The position numbers were made by a program, and so were the translations under genes. Of a stretch of 64,000 bases of DNA, positions 38,301 through 51,625 are shown piece by piece; within the stretch, counting starts at the first letter, position 1, and every line of letters begins with the position of its first letter. Under the pieces are notes generated by a model. That model was given only the letters and a program-made list of their open reading frames with translations, was not told the DNA's origin and searched no databases. Source of the stretch: the human T2T-CHM13v2.0 reference genome, Homo sapiens. The stretch lies in assembly GCF_009914755.1 (NCBI RefSeq), contig NC_060937.1. One strand, given 5' to 3'.

Positions 38301-41300
38301 ATATTTCCTTTTTCACCGTAGGCGTCAAGGCGATCGAAATGTCCACTTCCACAAACTACAAAAAGAGTGTTTCAAACCTGCTCTATGAAAGGCCATGTTC
38401 ATCTCTATGAGTCGAATGGAAATATCCGAAAGAAATTTCTGGGAATGCTGCTGTCTAGTTTTTATACGAATTCCCGCTTCCAACGAAATCCTCAAAGCAA
38501 TCCAAATATCCACTTGCAGAATCCACAAAAAGAGTGTTTCAAAACTGCTCTATCAATAGAAAGGTTCAACTCTTTTAGTTGAGTACACACATCACAAACA
38601 AGTTTCTGAGAATGCTTCTGTCTGGCTTTTATTGGAAGACGTTTCCTTTTCACCAAAGGCATCAAAGCGCTCCAAATGTCCACTTCCAGATTCTTCCAAA
38701 AGAGTGTTTGAAACGTGCTCAAAGTAAGGGAATGTTCAACTCTGTGACTTGAATGCAGATATCACCAAGTAGTTTCTAATAGTGCTTCTGTCTAGATTTT
38801 AGATGATGATATTCCCGTTTCCAACGAAATCGTTAGAGCTATCCAAATATCCACTTACAGTTGCTACAAAAACAGTGTTTCCAAACTGCTGCATCAAAAG
38901 AAAGGTTCAACTCTGTTAGTTGAGGACACACGTCACAAAGAAGTTTGTGAGAATGCTTCTGTCTAGATTTTGTATGACGATATTCCCTTTTCCAACGATA
39001 TCGTTAAAGCAATCTAAATATCCATTTGCAGAATCCACAAAAATAGAGTTTCAAAGCTGCTCTGTAAAAAGAAAGGTTCCACTCTGTTAGCTGAGTACAC
39101 ACATCACAAACTTGTTTCTCAGAATCCTTCTGTCTCGTTTTTCTGGGAAGATATTTACTTTTTCACCGTAGGCATCAAAGCGCTCCAAATGTCCACATCC
39201 AGATACTCCAGAAAGAGTGTTTCAAACCTGCTCTATGAAAGGGAATCTTCAACTCTATGAGTTGAATGCAGACATCAGAAAGAAATTTCTGAGAATGCTG
39301 CTGTCTACCTTTTATTTGAATTCCCGCTTCCAACGAAATCCTCCAAGCTATCCAAATATCCACTTGCAGATTCCACAAAAAGAGTGTTTCAAAACTGCTC
39401 TCTATCAATGGCAAAGTTCAACTCTGTTAGTTGAGGACACATATCACCAACAAGTTTCTGAGAATGCTTCTGTCTATTTTTTATGGGAAGATATTTCCTT
39501 TTTCACCGTAGGCGTCAAGGCGATCGAAATGTCCACTTCCACAAACTACAAAAAGAGTGTTTCAAACCTGCTCTATGAAAGGCCATGTTCATCTCTATGA
39601 GTCGAATGGAAATATCCGAAAGAAATTTCTGGGAATGCTGCTGTCTAGTTTTTATACGAATTCCCGCTTCCAACGAAATCCTCAAAGCAATCCAAATATC
39701 CACTTGCAGAATCCACAAAAAGAGTGTTTCAAAACTGCTCTATCAATAGAAAGGTTCAACTCTTTTAGTTGAGTACACACATCACAAACAAGTTTCTGAG
39801 AATGCTTCTGTCTGGCTTTTATTGGAAGACGTTTCCTTTTCACCAAAGGCATCAAAGCGCTCCAAATGTCCACTTCCAGATTCTTCCAAAAGAGTGTTTG
39901 AAACGTGCTCAAAGTAAGGGAATGTTCAACTCTGTGACTTGAATGCAGATATCACCAAGTAGTTTCTAATAGTGCTTCTGTCTAGATTTTAGATGATGAT
40001 ATTCCCGTTTCCAACGAAATCGTTAGAGCTATCCAAATATCCACTTACAGTTGCTACAAAAACAGTGTTTCCAAACTGCTGCATCAAAAGAAAGGTTCAA
40101 CTCTGTTAGTTGAGGACACACGTCACAAAGAAGTTTGTGAGAATGCTTCTGTCTAGATTTTGTATGACGATATTCCCTTTTCCAACGATATCGTTAAAGC
40201 AATCTAAATATCCATTTGCAGAATCCACAAAAATAGAGTTTCAAAGCTGCTCTGTAAAAAGAAAGGTTCCACTCTGTTAGCTGAGTACACACATCACAAA
40301 CTTGTTTCTCAGAATCCTTCTGTCTCGTTTTTCTGGGAAGATATTTACTTTTTCACCGTAGGCATCAAAGCGCTCCAAATGTCCACATCCAGTTTCAAAC
40401 CTGCTCTATGAAAGGGAATCTTCAACTCTATGAGTTGAATGCAGACATCAGAAAGAAATTTCTGAGAATGCTGCTGTCTACCTTTTATTTGAATTCCCGC
40501 TTCCAACGAAATCCTCCAAGCTATCCAAATATCCACTTGCAGATTCCACAAAAAGAGTGTTTCAAAACTGCTCTCTATCAATGGCAAAGTTCAACTCTGT
40601 TAGTTGAGGACACATATCACCAACAAGTTTCTGAGAATGCTTCTGTCTATTTTTTATGGGAAGATATTTCCTTTTTCACCGTAGGCGTCAAGGCGATCGA
40701 AATGTCCACTTCCACAAACTACAAAAAGAGTGTTTCAAACCTGCTCTATGAAAGGCCATGTTCATCTCTATGAGTCGAATGGAAATATCCGAAAGAAATT
40801 TCTGGGAATGCTGCTGTCTAGTTTTTATACGAATTCCCGCTTCCAACGAAATCCTCAAAGCAATCCAAATATCCACTTGCAGAATCCACAAAAAGAGTGT
40901 TTCAAAACTGCTCTATCAATAGAAAGGTTCAACTCTTTTAGTTGAGTACACACATCACAAACAAGTTTCTGAGAATGCTTCTGTCTGGCTTTTATTGGAA
41001 GACGTTTCCTTTTCACCAAAGGCATCAAAGCGCTCCAAATGTCCACTTCCAGATTCTTCCAAAAGAGTGTTTGAAACGTGCTCAAAGTAAGGGAATGTTC
41101 AACTCTGTGACTTGAATGCAGATATCACCAAGTAGTTTCTAATAGTGCTTCTGTCTAGATTTTAGATGATGATATTCCCGTTTCCAACGAAATCGTTAGA
41201 GCTATCCAAATATCCACTTACAGTTGCTACAAAAACAGTGTTTCCAAACTGCTGCATCAAAAGAAAGGTTCAACTCTGTTAGTTGAGGACACACGTCACA

Positions 41301-44300
41301 AAGAAGTTTGTGAGAATGCTTCTGTCTAGATTTTGTATGACGATATTCCCTTTTCCAACGATATCGTTAAAGCAATCTAAATATCCATTTGCAGAATCCA
41401 CAAAAATAGAGTTTCAAAGCTGCTCTGTAAAAAGAAAGGTTCCACTCTGTTAGCTGAGTACACACATCACAAACTTGTTTCTCAGAATCCTTCTGTCTCG
41501 TTTTTCTGGGAAGATATTTACTTTTTCACCGTAGGCATCAAAGCGCTCCAAATGTCCACATCCAGATACTCCAGAAAGAGTGTTTCAAACCTGCTCTATG
41601 AAAGGGAATCTTCAACTCTATGAGTTGAATGCAGACATCAGAAAGAAATTTCTGAGAATGCTGCTGTCTACCTTTTATTTGAATTCCCGCTTCCAACGAA
41701 ATCCTCCAAGCTATCCAAATATCCACTTGCAGATTCCACAAAAAGAGTGTTTCAAAACTGCTCTCTATCAATGGCAAAGTTCAACTCTGTTAGTTGAGGA
41801 CACATATCACCAACAAGTTTCTGAGAATGCTTCTGTCTATTTTTTATGGGAAGATATTTCCTTTTTCACCGTAGGCGTCAAGGCGATCGAAATGTCCACT
41901 TCCACAAACTACAAAAAGAGTGTTTCAAACCTGCTCTATGAAAGGCCATGTTCATCTCTATGAGTCGAATGGAAATATCCGAAAGAAATTTCTGGGAATG
42001 CTGCTGTCTAGTTTTTATACGAATTCCCGCTTCCAACGAAATCCTCAAAGCAATCCAAATATCCACTTGCAGAATCCACAAAAAGAGTGTTTCAAAACTG
42101 CTCTATCAATAGAAAGGTTCAACTCTTTTAGTTGAGTACACACATCACAAACAAGTTTCTGAGAATGCTTCTGTCTGGCTTTTATTGGAAGACGTTTCCT
42201 TTTCACCAAAGGCATCAAAGCGCTCCAAATGTCCACTTCCAGATTCTTCCAAAAGAGTGTTTGAAACGTGCTCAAAGTAAGGGAATGTTCAACTCTGTGA
42301 CTTGAATGCAGATATCACCAAGTAGTTTCTAATAGTGCTTCTGTCTAGATTTTAGATGATGATATTCCCGTTTCCAACGAAATCGTTAGAGCTATCCAAA
42401 TATCCACTTACAGTTGCTACAAAAACAGTGTTTCCAAACTGCTGCATCAAAAGAAAGGTTCAACTCTGTTAGTTGAGGACACACGTCACAAAGAAGTTTG
42501 TGAGAATGCTTCTGTCTAGATTTTGTATGACGATATTCCCTTTTCCAACGATATCGTTAAAGCAATCTAAATATCCATTTGCAGAATCCACAAAAATAGA
42601 GTTTCAAAGCTGCTCTGTAAAAAGAAAGGTTCCACTCTGTTAGCTGAGTACACACATCACAAACTTGTTTCTCAGAATCCTTCTGTCTCGTTTTTCTGGG
42701 AAGATATTTACTTTTTCACCGTAGGCATCAAAGCGCTCCAAATGTCCACATCCAGATACTCCAGAAAGAGTGTTTCAAACCTGCTCTATGAAAGGGAATC
42801 TTCAACTCTATGAGTTGAATGCAGACATCAGAAAGAAATTTCTGAGAATGCTGCTGTCTACCTTTTATTTGAATTCCCGCTTCCAACGAAATCCTCCAAG
42901 CTATCCAAATATCCACTTGCAGATTCCACAAAAAGAGTGTTTCAAAACTGCTCTCTATCAATGGCAAAGTTCAACTCTGTTAGTTGAGGACACATATCAC
43001 CAACAAGTTTCTGAGAATGCTTCTGTCTATTTTTTATGGGAAGATATTTCCTTTTTCACCGTAGGCGTCAAGGCGATCGAAATGTCCACTTCCACAAACT
43101 ACAAAAAGAGTGTTTCAAACCTGCTCTATGAAAGGCCATGTTCATCTCTATGAGTCGAATGGAAATATCCGAAAGAAATTTCTGGGAATGCTGCTGTCTA
43201 GTTTTTATACGAATTCCCGCTTCCAACGAAATCCTCAAAGCAATCCAAATATCCACTTGCAGAATCCACAAAAAGAGTGTTTCAAAACTGCTCTATCAAT
43301 AGAAAGGTTCAACTCTTTTAGTTGAGTACACACATCACAAACAAGTTTCTGAGAATGCTTCTGTCTGGCTTTTATTGGAAGACGTTTCCTTTTCACCAAA
43401 GGCATCAAAGCGCTCCAAATGTCCACTTCCAGATTCTTCCAAAAGAGTGTTTGAAACGTGCTCAAAGTAAGGGAATGTTCAACTCTGTGACTTGAATGCA
43501 GATATCACCAAGTAGTTTCTAATAGTGCTTCTGTCTAGATTTTAGATGATGATATTCCCGTTTCCAACGAAATCGTTAGAGCTATCCAAATATCCACTTA
43601 CAGTTGCTACAAAAACAGTGTTTCCAAACTGCTGCATCAAAAGAAAGGTTCAACTCTGTTAGTTGAGGACACACGTCACAAAGAAGTTTGTGAGAATGCT
43701 TCTGTCTAGATTTTGTATGACGATATTCCCTTTTCCAACGATATCGTTAAAGCAATCTAAATATCCATTTGCAGAATCCACAAAAATAGAGTTTCAAAGC
43801 TGCTCTGTAAAAAGAAAGGTTCCACTCTGTTAGCTGAGTACACACATCACAAACTTGTTTCTCAGAATCCTTCTGTCTCGTTTTTCTGGGAAGATATTTA
43901 CTTTTTCACCGTAGGCATCAAAGCGCTCCAAATGTCCACATCCAGTTTCAAACCTGCTCTATGAAAGGGAATCTTCAACTCTATGAGTTGAATGCAGACA
44001 TCAGAAAGAAATTTCTGAGAATGCTGCTGTCTACCTTTTATTTGAATTCCCGCTTCCAACGAAATCCTCCAAGCTATCCAAATATCCACTTGCAGATTCC
44101 ACAAAAAGAGTGTTTCAAAACTGCTCTCTATCAATGGCAAAGTTCAACTCTGTTAGTTGAGGACACATATCACCAACAAGTTTCTGAGAATGCTTCTGTC
44201 TATTTTTTATGGGAAGATATTTCCTTTTTCACCGTAGGCGTCAAGGCGATCGAAATGTCCACTTCCACAAACTACAAAAAGAGTGTTTCAAACCTGCTCT

Positions 44301-47300
44301 ATGAAAGGCCATGTTCATCTCTATGAGTCGAATGGAAATATCCGAAAGAAATTTCTGGGAATGCTGCTGTCTAGTTTTTATACGAATTCCCGCTTCCAAC
44401 GAAATCCTCAAAGCAATCCAAATATCCACTTGCAGAATCCACAAAAAGAGTGTTTCAAAACTGCTCTATCAATAGAAAGGTTCAACTCTTTTAGTTGAGT
44501 ACACACATCACAAACAAGTTTCTGAGAATGCTTCTGTCTGGCTTTTATTGGAAGACGTTTCCTTTTCACCAAAGGCATCAAAGCGCTCCAAATGTCCACT
44601 TCCAGATTCTTCCAAAAGAGTGTTTGAAACGTGCTCAAAGTAAGGGAATGTTCAACTCTGTGACTTGAATGCAGATATCACCAAGTAGTTTCTAATAGTG
44701 CTTCTGTCTAGATTTTAGATGATGATATTCCCGTTTCCAACGAAATCGTTAGAGCTATCCAAATATCCACTTACAGTTGCTACAAAAACAGTGTTTCCAA
44801 ACTGCTGCATCAAAAGAAAGGTTCAACTCTGTTAGTTGAGGACACACGTCACAAAGAAGTTTGTGAGAATGCTTCTGTCTAGATTTTGTATGACGATATT
44901 CCCTTTTCCAACGATATCGTTAAAGCAATCTAAATATCCATTTGCAGAATCCACAAAAATAGAGTTTCAAAGCTGCTCTGTAAAAAGAAAGGTTCCACTC
45001 TGTTAGCTGAGTACACACATCACAAACTTGTTTCTCAGAATCCTTCTGTCTCGTTTTTCTGGGAAGATATTTACTTTTTCACCGTAGGCATCAAAGCGCT
45101 CCAAATGTCCACATCCAGATACTCCAGAAAGAGTGTTTCAAACCTGCTCTATGAAAGGGAATCTTCAACTCTATGAGTTGAATGCAGACATCAGAAAGAA
45201 ATTTCTGAGAATGCTGCTGTCTACCTTTTATTTGAATTCCCGCTTCCAACGAAATCCTCCAAGCTATCCAAATATCCACTTGCAGATTCCACAAAAAGAG
45301 TGTTTCAAAACTGCTCTCTATCAATGGCAAAGTTCAACTCTGTTAGTTGAGGACACATATCACCAACAAGTTTCTGAGAATGCTTCTGTCTATTTTTTAT
45401 GGGAAGATATTTCCTTTTTCACCGTAGGCGTCAAGGCGATCGAAATGTCCACTTCCACAAACTACAAAAAGAGTGTTTCAAACCTGCTCTATGAAAGGCC
45501 ATGTTCATCTCTATGAGTCGAATGGAAATATCCGAAAGAAATTTCTGGGAATGCTGCTGTCTAGTTTTTATACGAATTCCCGCTTCCAACGAAATCCTCA
45601 AAGCAATCCAAATATCCACTTGCAGAATCCACAAAAAGAGTGTTTCAAAACTGCTCTATCAATAGAAAGGTTCAACTCTTTTAGTTGAGTACACACATCA
45701 CAAACAAGTTTCTGAGAATGCTTCTGTCTGGCTTTTATTGGAAGACGTTTCCTTTTCACCAAAGGCATCAAAGCGCTCCAAATGTCCACTTCCAGATTCT
45801 TCCAAAAGAGTGTTTGAAACGTGCTCAAAGTAAGGGAATGTTCAACTCTGTGACTTGAATGCAGATATCACCAAGTAGTTTCTAATAGTGCTTCTGTCTA
45901 GATTTTAGATGATGATATTCCCGTTTCCAACGAAATCGTTAGAGCTATCCAAATATCCACTTACAGTTGCTACAAAAACAGTGTTTCCAAACTGCTGCAT
46001 CAAAAGAAAGGTTCAACTCTGTTAGTTGAGGACACACGTCACAAAGAAGTTTGTGAGAATGCTTCTGTCTAGATTTTGTATGACGATATTCCCTTTTCCA
46101 ACGATATCGTTAAAGCAATCTAAATATCCATTTGCAGAATCCACAAAAATAGAGTTTCAAAGCTGCTCTGTAAAAAGAAAGGTTCCACTCTGTTAGCTGA
46201 GTACACACATCACAAACTTGTTTCTCAGAATCCTTCTGTCTCGTTTTTCTGGGAAGATATTTACTTTTTCACCGTAGGCATCAAAGCGCTCCAAATGTCC
46301 ACATCCAGATACTCCAGAAAGAGTGTTTCAAACCTGCTCTATGAAAGGGAATCTTCAACTCTATGAGTTGAATGCAGACATCAGAAAGAAATTTCTGAGA
46401 ATGCTGCTGTCTACCTTTTATTTGAATTCCCGCTTCCAACGAAATCCTCCAAGCTATCCAAATATCCACTTGCAGATTCCACAAAAAGAGTGTTTCAAAA
46501 CTGCTCTCTATCAATGGCAAAGTTCAACTCTGTTAGTTGAGGACACATATCACCAACAAGTTTCTGAGAATGCTTCTGTCTATTTTTTATGGGAAGATAT
46601 TTCCTTTTTCACCGTAGGCGTCAAGGCGATCGAAATGTCCACTTCCACAAACTACAAAAAGAGTGTTTCAAACCTGCTCTATGAAAGGCCATGTTCATCT
46701 CTATGAGTCGAATGGAAATATCCGAAAGAAATTTCTGGGAATGCTGCTGTCTAGTTTTTATACGAATTCCCGCTTCCAACGAAATCCTCAAAGCAATCCA
46801 AATATCCACTTGCAGAATCCACAAAAAGAGTGTTTCAAAACTGCTCTATCAATAGAAAGGTTCAACTCTTTTAGTTGAGTACACACATCACAAACAAGTT
46901 TCTGAGAATGCTTCTGTCTGGCTTTTATTGGAAGACGTTTCCTTTTCACCAAAGGCATCAAAGCGCTCCAAATGTCCACTTCCAGATTCTTCCAAAAGAG
47001 TGTTTGAAACGTGCTCAAAGTAAGGGAATGTTCAACTCTGTGACTTGAATGCAGATATCACCAAGTAGTTTCTAATAGTGCTTCTGTCTAGATTTTAGAT
47101 GATGATATTCCCGTTTCCAACGAAATCGTTAGAGCTATCCAAATATCCACTTACAGTTGCTACAAAAACAGTGTTTCCAAACTGCTGCATCAAAAGAAAG
47201 GTTCAACTCTGTTAGTTGAGGACACACGTCACAAAGAAGTTTGTGAGAATGCTTCTGTCTAGATTTTGTATGACGATATTCCCTTTTCCAACGATATCGT

Positions 47301-50300
47301 TAAAGCAATCTAAATATCCATTTGCAGAATCCACAAAAATAGAGTTTCAAAGCTGCTCTGTAAAAAGAAAGGTTCCACTCTGTTAGCTGAGTACACACAT
47401 CACAAACTTGTTTCTCAGAATCCTTCTGTCTCGTTTTTCTGGGAAGATATTTACTTTTTCACCGTAGGCATCAAAGCGCTCCAAATGTCCACATCCAGAT
47501 ACTCCAGAAAGAGTGTTTCAAACCTGCTCTATGAAAGGGAATCTTCAACTCTATGAGTTGAATGCAGACATCAGAAAGAAATTTCTGAGAATGCTGCTGT
47601 CTACCTTTTATTTGAATTCCCGCTTCCAACGAAATCCTCCAAGCTATCCAAATATCCACTTGCAGATTCCACAAAAAGAGTGTTTCAAAACTGCTCTCTA
47701 TCAATGGCAAAGTTCAACTCTGTTAGTTGAGGACACATATCACCAACAAGTTTCTGAGAATGCTTCTGTCTATTTTTTATGGGAAGATATTTCCTTTTTC
47801 ACCGTAGGCGTCAAGGCGATCGAAATGTCCACTTCCACAAACTACAAAAAGAGTGTTTCAAACCTGCTCTATGAAAGGCCATGTTCATCTCTATGAGTCG
47901 AATGGAAATATCCGAAAGAAATTTCTGGGAATGCTGCTGTCTAGTTTTTATACGAATTCCCGCTTCCAACGAAATCCTCAAAGCAATCCAAATATCCACT
48001 TGCAGAATCCACAAAAAGAGTGTTTCAAAACTGCTCTATCAATAGAAAGGTTCAACTCTTTTAGTTGAGTACACACATCACAAACAAGTTTCTGAGAATG
48101 CTTCTGTCTGGCTTTTATTGGAAGACGTTTCCTTTTCACCAAAGGCATCAAAGCGCTCCAAATGTCCACTTCCAGATTCTTCCAAAAGAGTGTTTGAAAC
48201 GTGCTCAAAGTAAGGGAATGTTCAACTCTGTGACTTGAATGCAGATATCACCAAGTAGTTTCTAATAGTGCTTCTGTCTAGATTTTAGATGATGATATTC
48301 CCGTTTCCAACGAAATCGTTAGAGCTATCCAAATATCCACTTACAGTTGCTACAAAAACAGTGTTTCCAAACTGCTGCATCAAAAGAAAGGTTCAACTCT
48401 GTTAGTTGAGGACACACGTCACAAAGAAGTTTGTGAGAATGCTTCTGTCTAGATTTTGTATGACGATATTCCCTTTTCCAACGATATCGTTAAAGCAATC
48501 TAAATATCCATTTGCAGAATCCACAAAAATAGAGTTTCAAAGCTGCTCTGTAAAAAGAAAGGTTCCACTCTGTTAGCTGAGTACACACATCACAAACTTG
48601 TTTCTCAGAATCCTTCTGTCTCGTTTTTCTGGGAAGATATTTACTTTTTCACCGTAGGCATCAAAGCGCTCCAAATGTCCACATCCAGATACTCCAGAAA
48701 GAGTGTTTCAAACCTGCTCTATGAAAGGGAATCTTCAACTCTATGAGTTGAATGCAGACATCAGAAAGAAATTTCTGAGAATGCTGCTGTCTACCTTTTA
48801 TTTGAATTCCCGCTTCCAACGAAATCCTCCAAGCTATCCAAATATCCACTTGCAGATTCCACAAAAAGAGTGTTTCAAAACTGCTCTCTATCAATGGCAA
48901 AGTTCAACTCTGTTAGTTGAGGACACATATCACCAACAAGTTTCTGAGAATGCTTCTGTCTATTTTTTATGGGAAGATATTTCCTTTTTCACCGTAGGCG
49001 TCAAGGCGATCGAAATGTCCACTTCCACAAACTACAAAAAGAGTGTTTCAAACCTGCTCTATGAAAGGCCATGTTCATCTCTATGAGTCGAATGGAAATA
49101 TCCGAAAGAAATTTCTGGGAATGCTGCTGTCTAGTTTTTATACGAATTCCCGCTTCCAACGAAATCCTCAAAGCAATCCAAATATCCACTTGCAGAATCC
49201 ACAAAAAGAGTGTTTCAAAACTGCTCTATCAATAGAAAGGTTCAACTCTTTTAGTTGAGTACACACATCACAAACAAGTTTCTGAGAATGCTTCTGTCTG
49301 GCTTTTATTGGAAGACGTTTCCTTTTCACCAAAGGCATCAAAGCGCTCCAAATGTCCACTTCCAGATTCTTCCAAAAGAGTGTTTGAAACGTGCTCAAAG
49401 TAAGGGAATGTTCAACTCTGTGACTTGAATGCAGATATCACCAAGTAGTTTCTAATAGTGCTTCTGTCTAGATTTTAGATGATGATATTCCCGTTTCCAA
49501 CGAAATCGTTAGAGCTATCCAAATATCCACTTACAGTTGCTACAAAAACAGTGTTTCCAAACTGCTGCATCAAAAGAAAGGTTCAACTCTGTTAGTTGAG
49601 GACACACGTCACAAAGAAGTTTGTGAGAATGCTTCTGTCTAGATTTTGTATGACGATATTCCCTTTTCCAACGATATCGTTAAAGCAATCTAAATATCCA
49701 TTTGCAGAATCCACAAAAATAGAGTTTCAAAGCTGCTCTGTAAAAAGAAAGGTTCCACTCTGTTAGCTGAGTACACACATCACAAACTTGTTTCTCAGAA
49801 TCCTTCTGTCTCGTTTTTCTGGGAAGATATTTACTTTTTCACCGTAGGCATCAAAGCGCTCCAAATGTCCACATCCAGATACTCCAGAAAGAGTGTTTCA
49901 AACCTGCTCTATGAAAGGGAATCTTCAACTCTATGAGTTGAATGCAGACATCAGAAAGAAATTTCTGAGAATGCTGCTGTCTACCTTTTATTTGAATTCC
50001 CGCTTCCAACGAAATCCTCCAAGCTATCCAAATATCCACTTGCAGATTCCACAAAAAGAGTGTTTCAAAACTGCTCTCTATCAATGGCAAAGTTCAACTC
50101 TGTTAGTTGAGGACACATATCACCAACAAGTTTCTGAGAATGCTTCTGTCTATTTTTTATGGGAAGATATTTCCTTTTTCACCGTAGGCGTCAAGGCGAT
50201 CGAAATGTCCACTTCCACAAACTACAAAAAGAGTGTTTCAAACCTGCTCTATGAAAGGCCATGTTCATCTCTATGAGTCGAATGGAAATATCCGAAAGAA

Positions 50301-51625
50301 ATTTCTGGGAATGCTGCTGTCTAGTTTTTATACGAATTCCCGCTTCCAACGAAATCCTCAAAGCAATCCAAATATCCACTTGCAGAATCCACAAAAAGAG
50401 TGTTTCAAAACTGCTCTATCAATAGAAAGGTTCAACTCTTTTAGTTGAGTACACACATCACAAACAAGTTTCTGAGAATGCTTCTGTCTGGCTTTTATTG
50501 GAAGACGTTTCCTTTTCACCAAAGGCATCAAAGCGCTCCAAATGTCCACTTCCAGATTCTTCCAAAAGAGTGTTTGAAACGTGCTCAAAGTAAGGGAATG
50601 TTCAACTCTGTGACTTGAATGCAGATATCACCAAGTAGTTTCTAATAGTGCTTCTGTCTAGATTTTAGATGATGATATTCCCGTTTCCAACGAAATCGTT
50701 AGAGCTATCCAAATATCCACTTACAGTTGCTACAAAAACAGTGTTTCCAAACTGCTGCATCAAAAGAAAGGTTCAACTCTGTTAGTTGAGGACACACATC
50801 ACAAAGAAGTTTGTGAGAATGCTTCTGTCTAGATTTTGTATGACGATATTCCCTTTTCCAACGATATCGTTAAAGCAATCTAAATATCCATTTGCAGAAT
50901 CCACAAAAATAGAGTTTCAAAGCTGCTCTGTAAAAAGAAAGGTTCCACTCTGTTAGCTGAGTACACACATCACAAACTTGTTTCTCAGAATCCTTCTGTC
51001 TCGTTTTTCTGGGAAGATATTTACTTTTTCACCGTAGGCATCAAAGCGCTCCAAATGTCCACATCCAGATACTCCAGAAAGAGTGTTTCAAACCTGCTCT
51101 ATGAAAGGGAATCTTCAACTCTATGAGTTGAATGCAGACATCAGAAAGAAATTTCTGAGAATGCTGCTGTCTACCTTTTATTTGAATTCCCGCTTCCAAC
51201 GAAATCCTCCAAGCTATCCAAATATCCACTTGCAGATTCCACAAAAAGAGTGTTTCAAAACTGCTCTCTATCAATGGCAAAGTTCAACTCTGTTAGTTGA
51301 GGACACATATCACCAACAAGTTTCTGAGAATGCTTCTGTCTATTTTTTATGGGAAGATATTTCCTTTTTCACCGTAGGCGTCAAGGCGATCGAAATGTCC
51401 ACTTCCACAAACTACAAAAAGAGTGTTTCAAACCTGCTCTATGAAAGGCCATGTTCATCTCTATGAGTCGAAAGGAAATATCCGAAAGAAATTTCTGGGA
51501 ATGCTGCTGTCTAGTTTTTATACGAATTCCCGCTTCCAACGAAATCCTCAAAGCAATCCAAATATCCACTTGCAGAATCCACAAAAAGAGTGTTTCAAAA
51601 CTGCTCTATCAATAGAAAGGTTCAA
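20397..51625 (-). repeat. 7-mer HOR domain (25 seven-mers, three with a 17-bp deletion, plus one 9-mer)
   Basis: Anchor spacing is 1190 bp throughout, except 1173 bp (units at 23967, 39760, 43313) and 1530 bp (unit at 33470). Confidence 0.95.
33470..34999 (-). repeat. 9-monomer HOR variant (7-mer with a tandemly repeated 340-bp dimer)
   Basis: The 'ggcgtcaaggcgatcg...ggccatgttcatc' dimer occurs twice, at 34411 and 34751. The chimeric ORFs at 34415-34654 and 34457-34840 reflect this. Confidence 0.95.
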
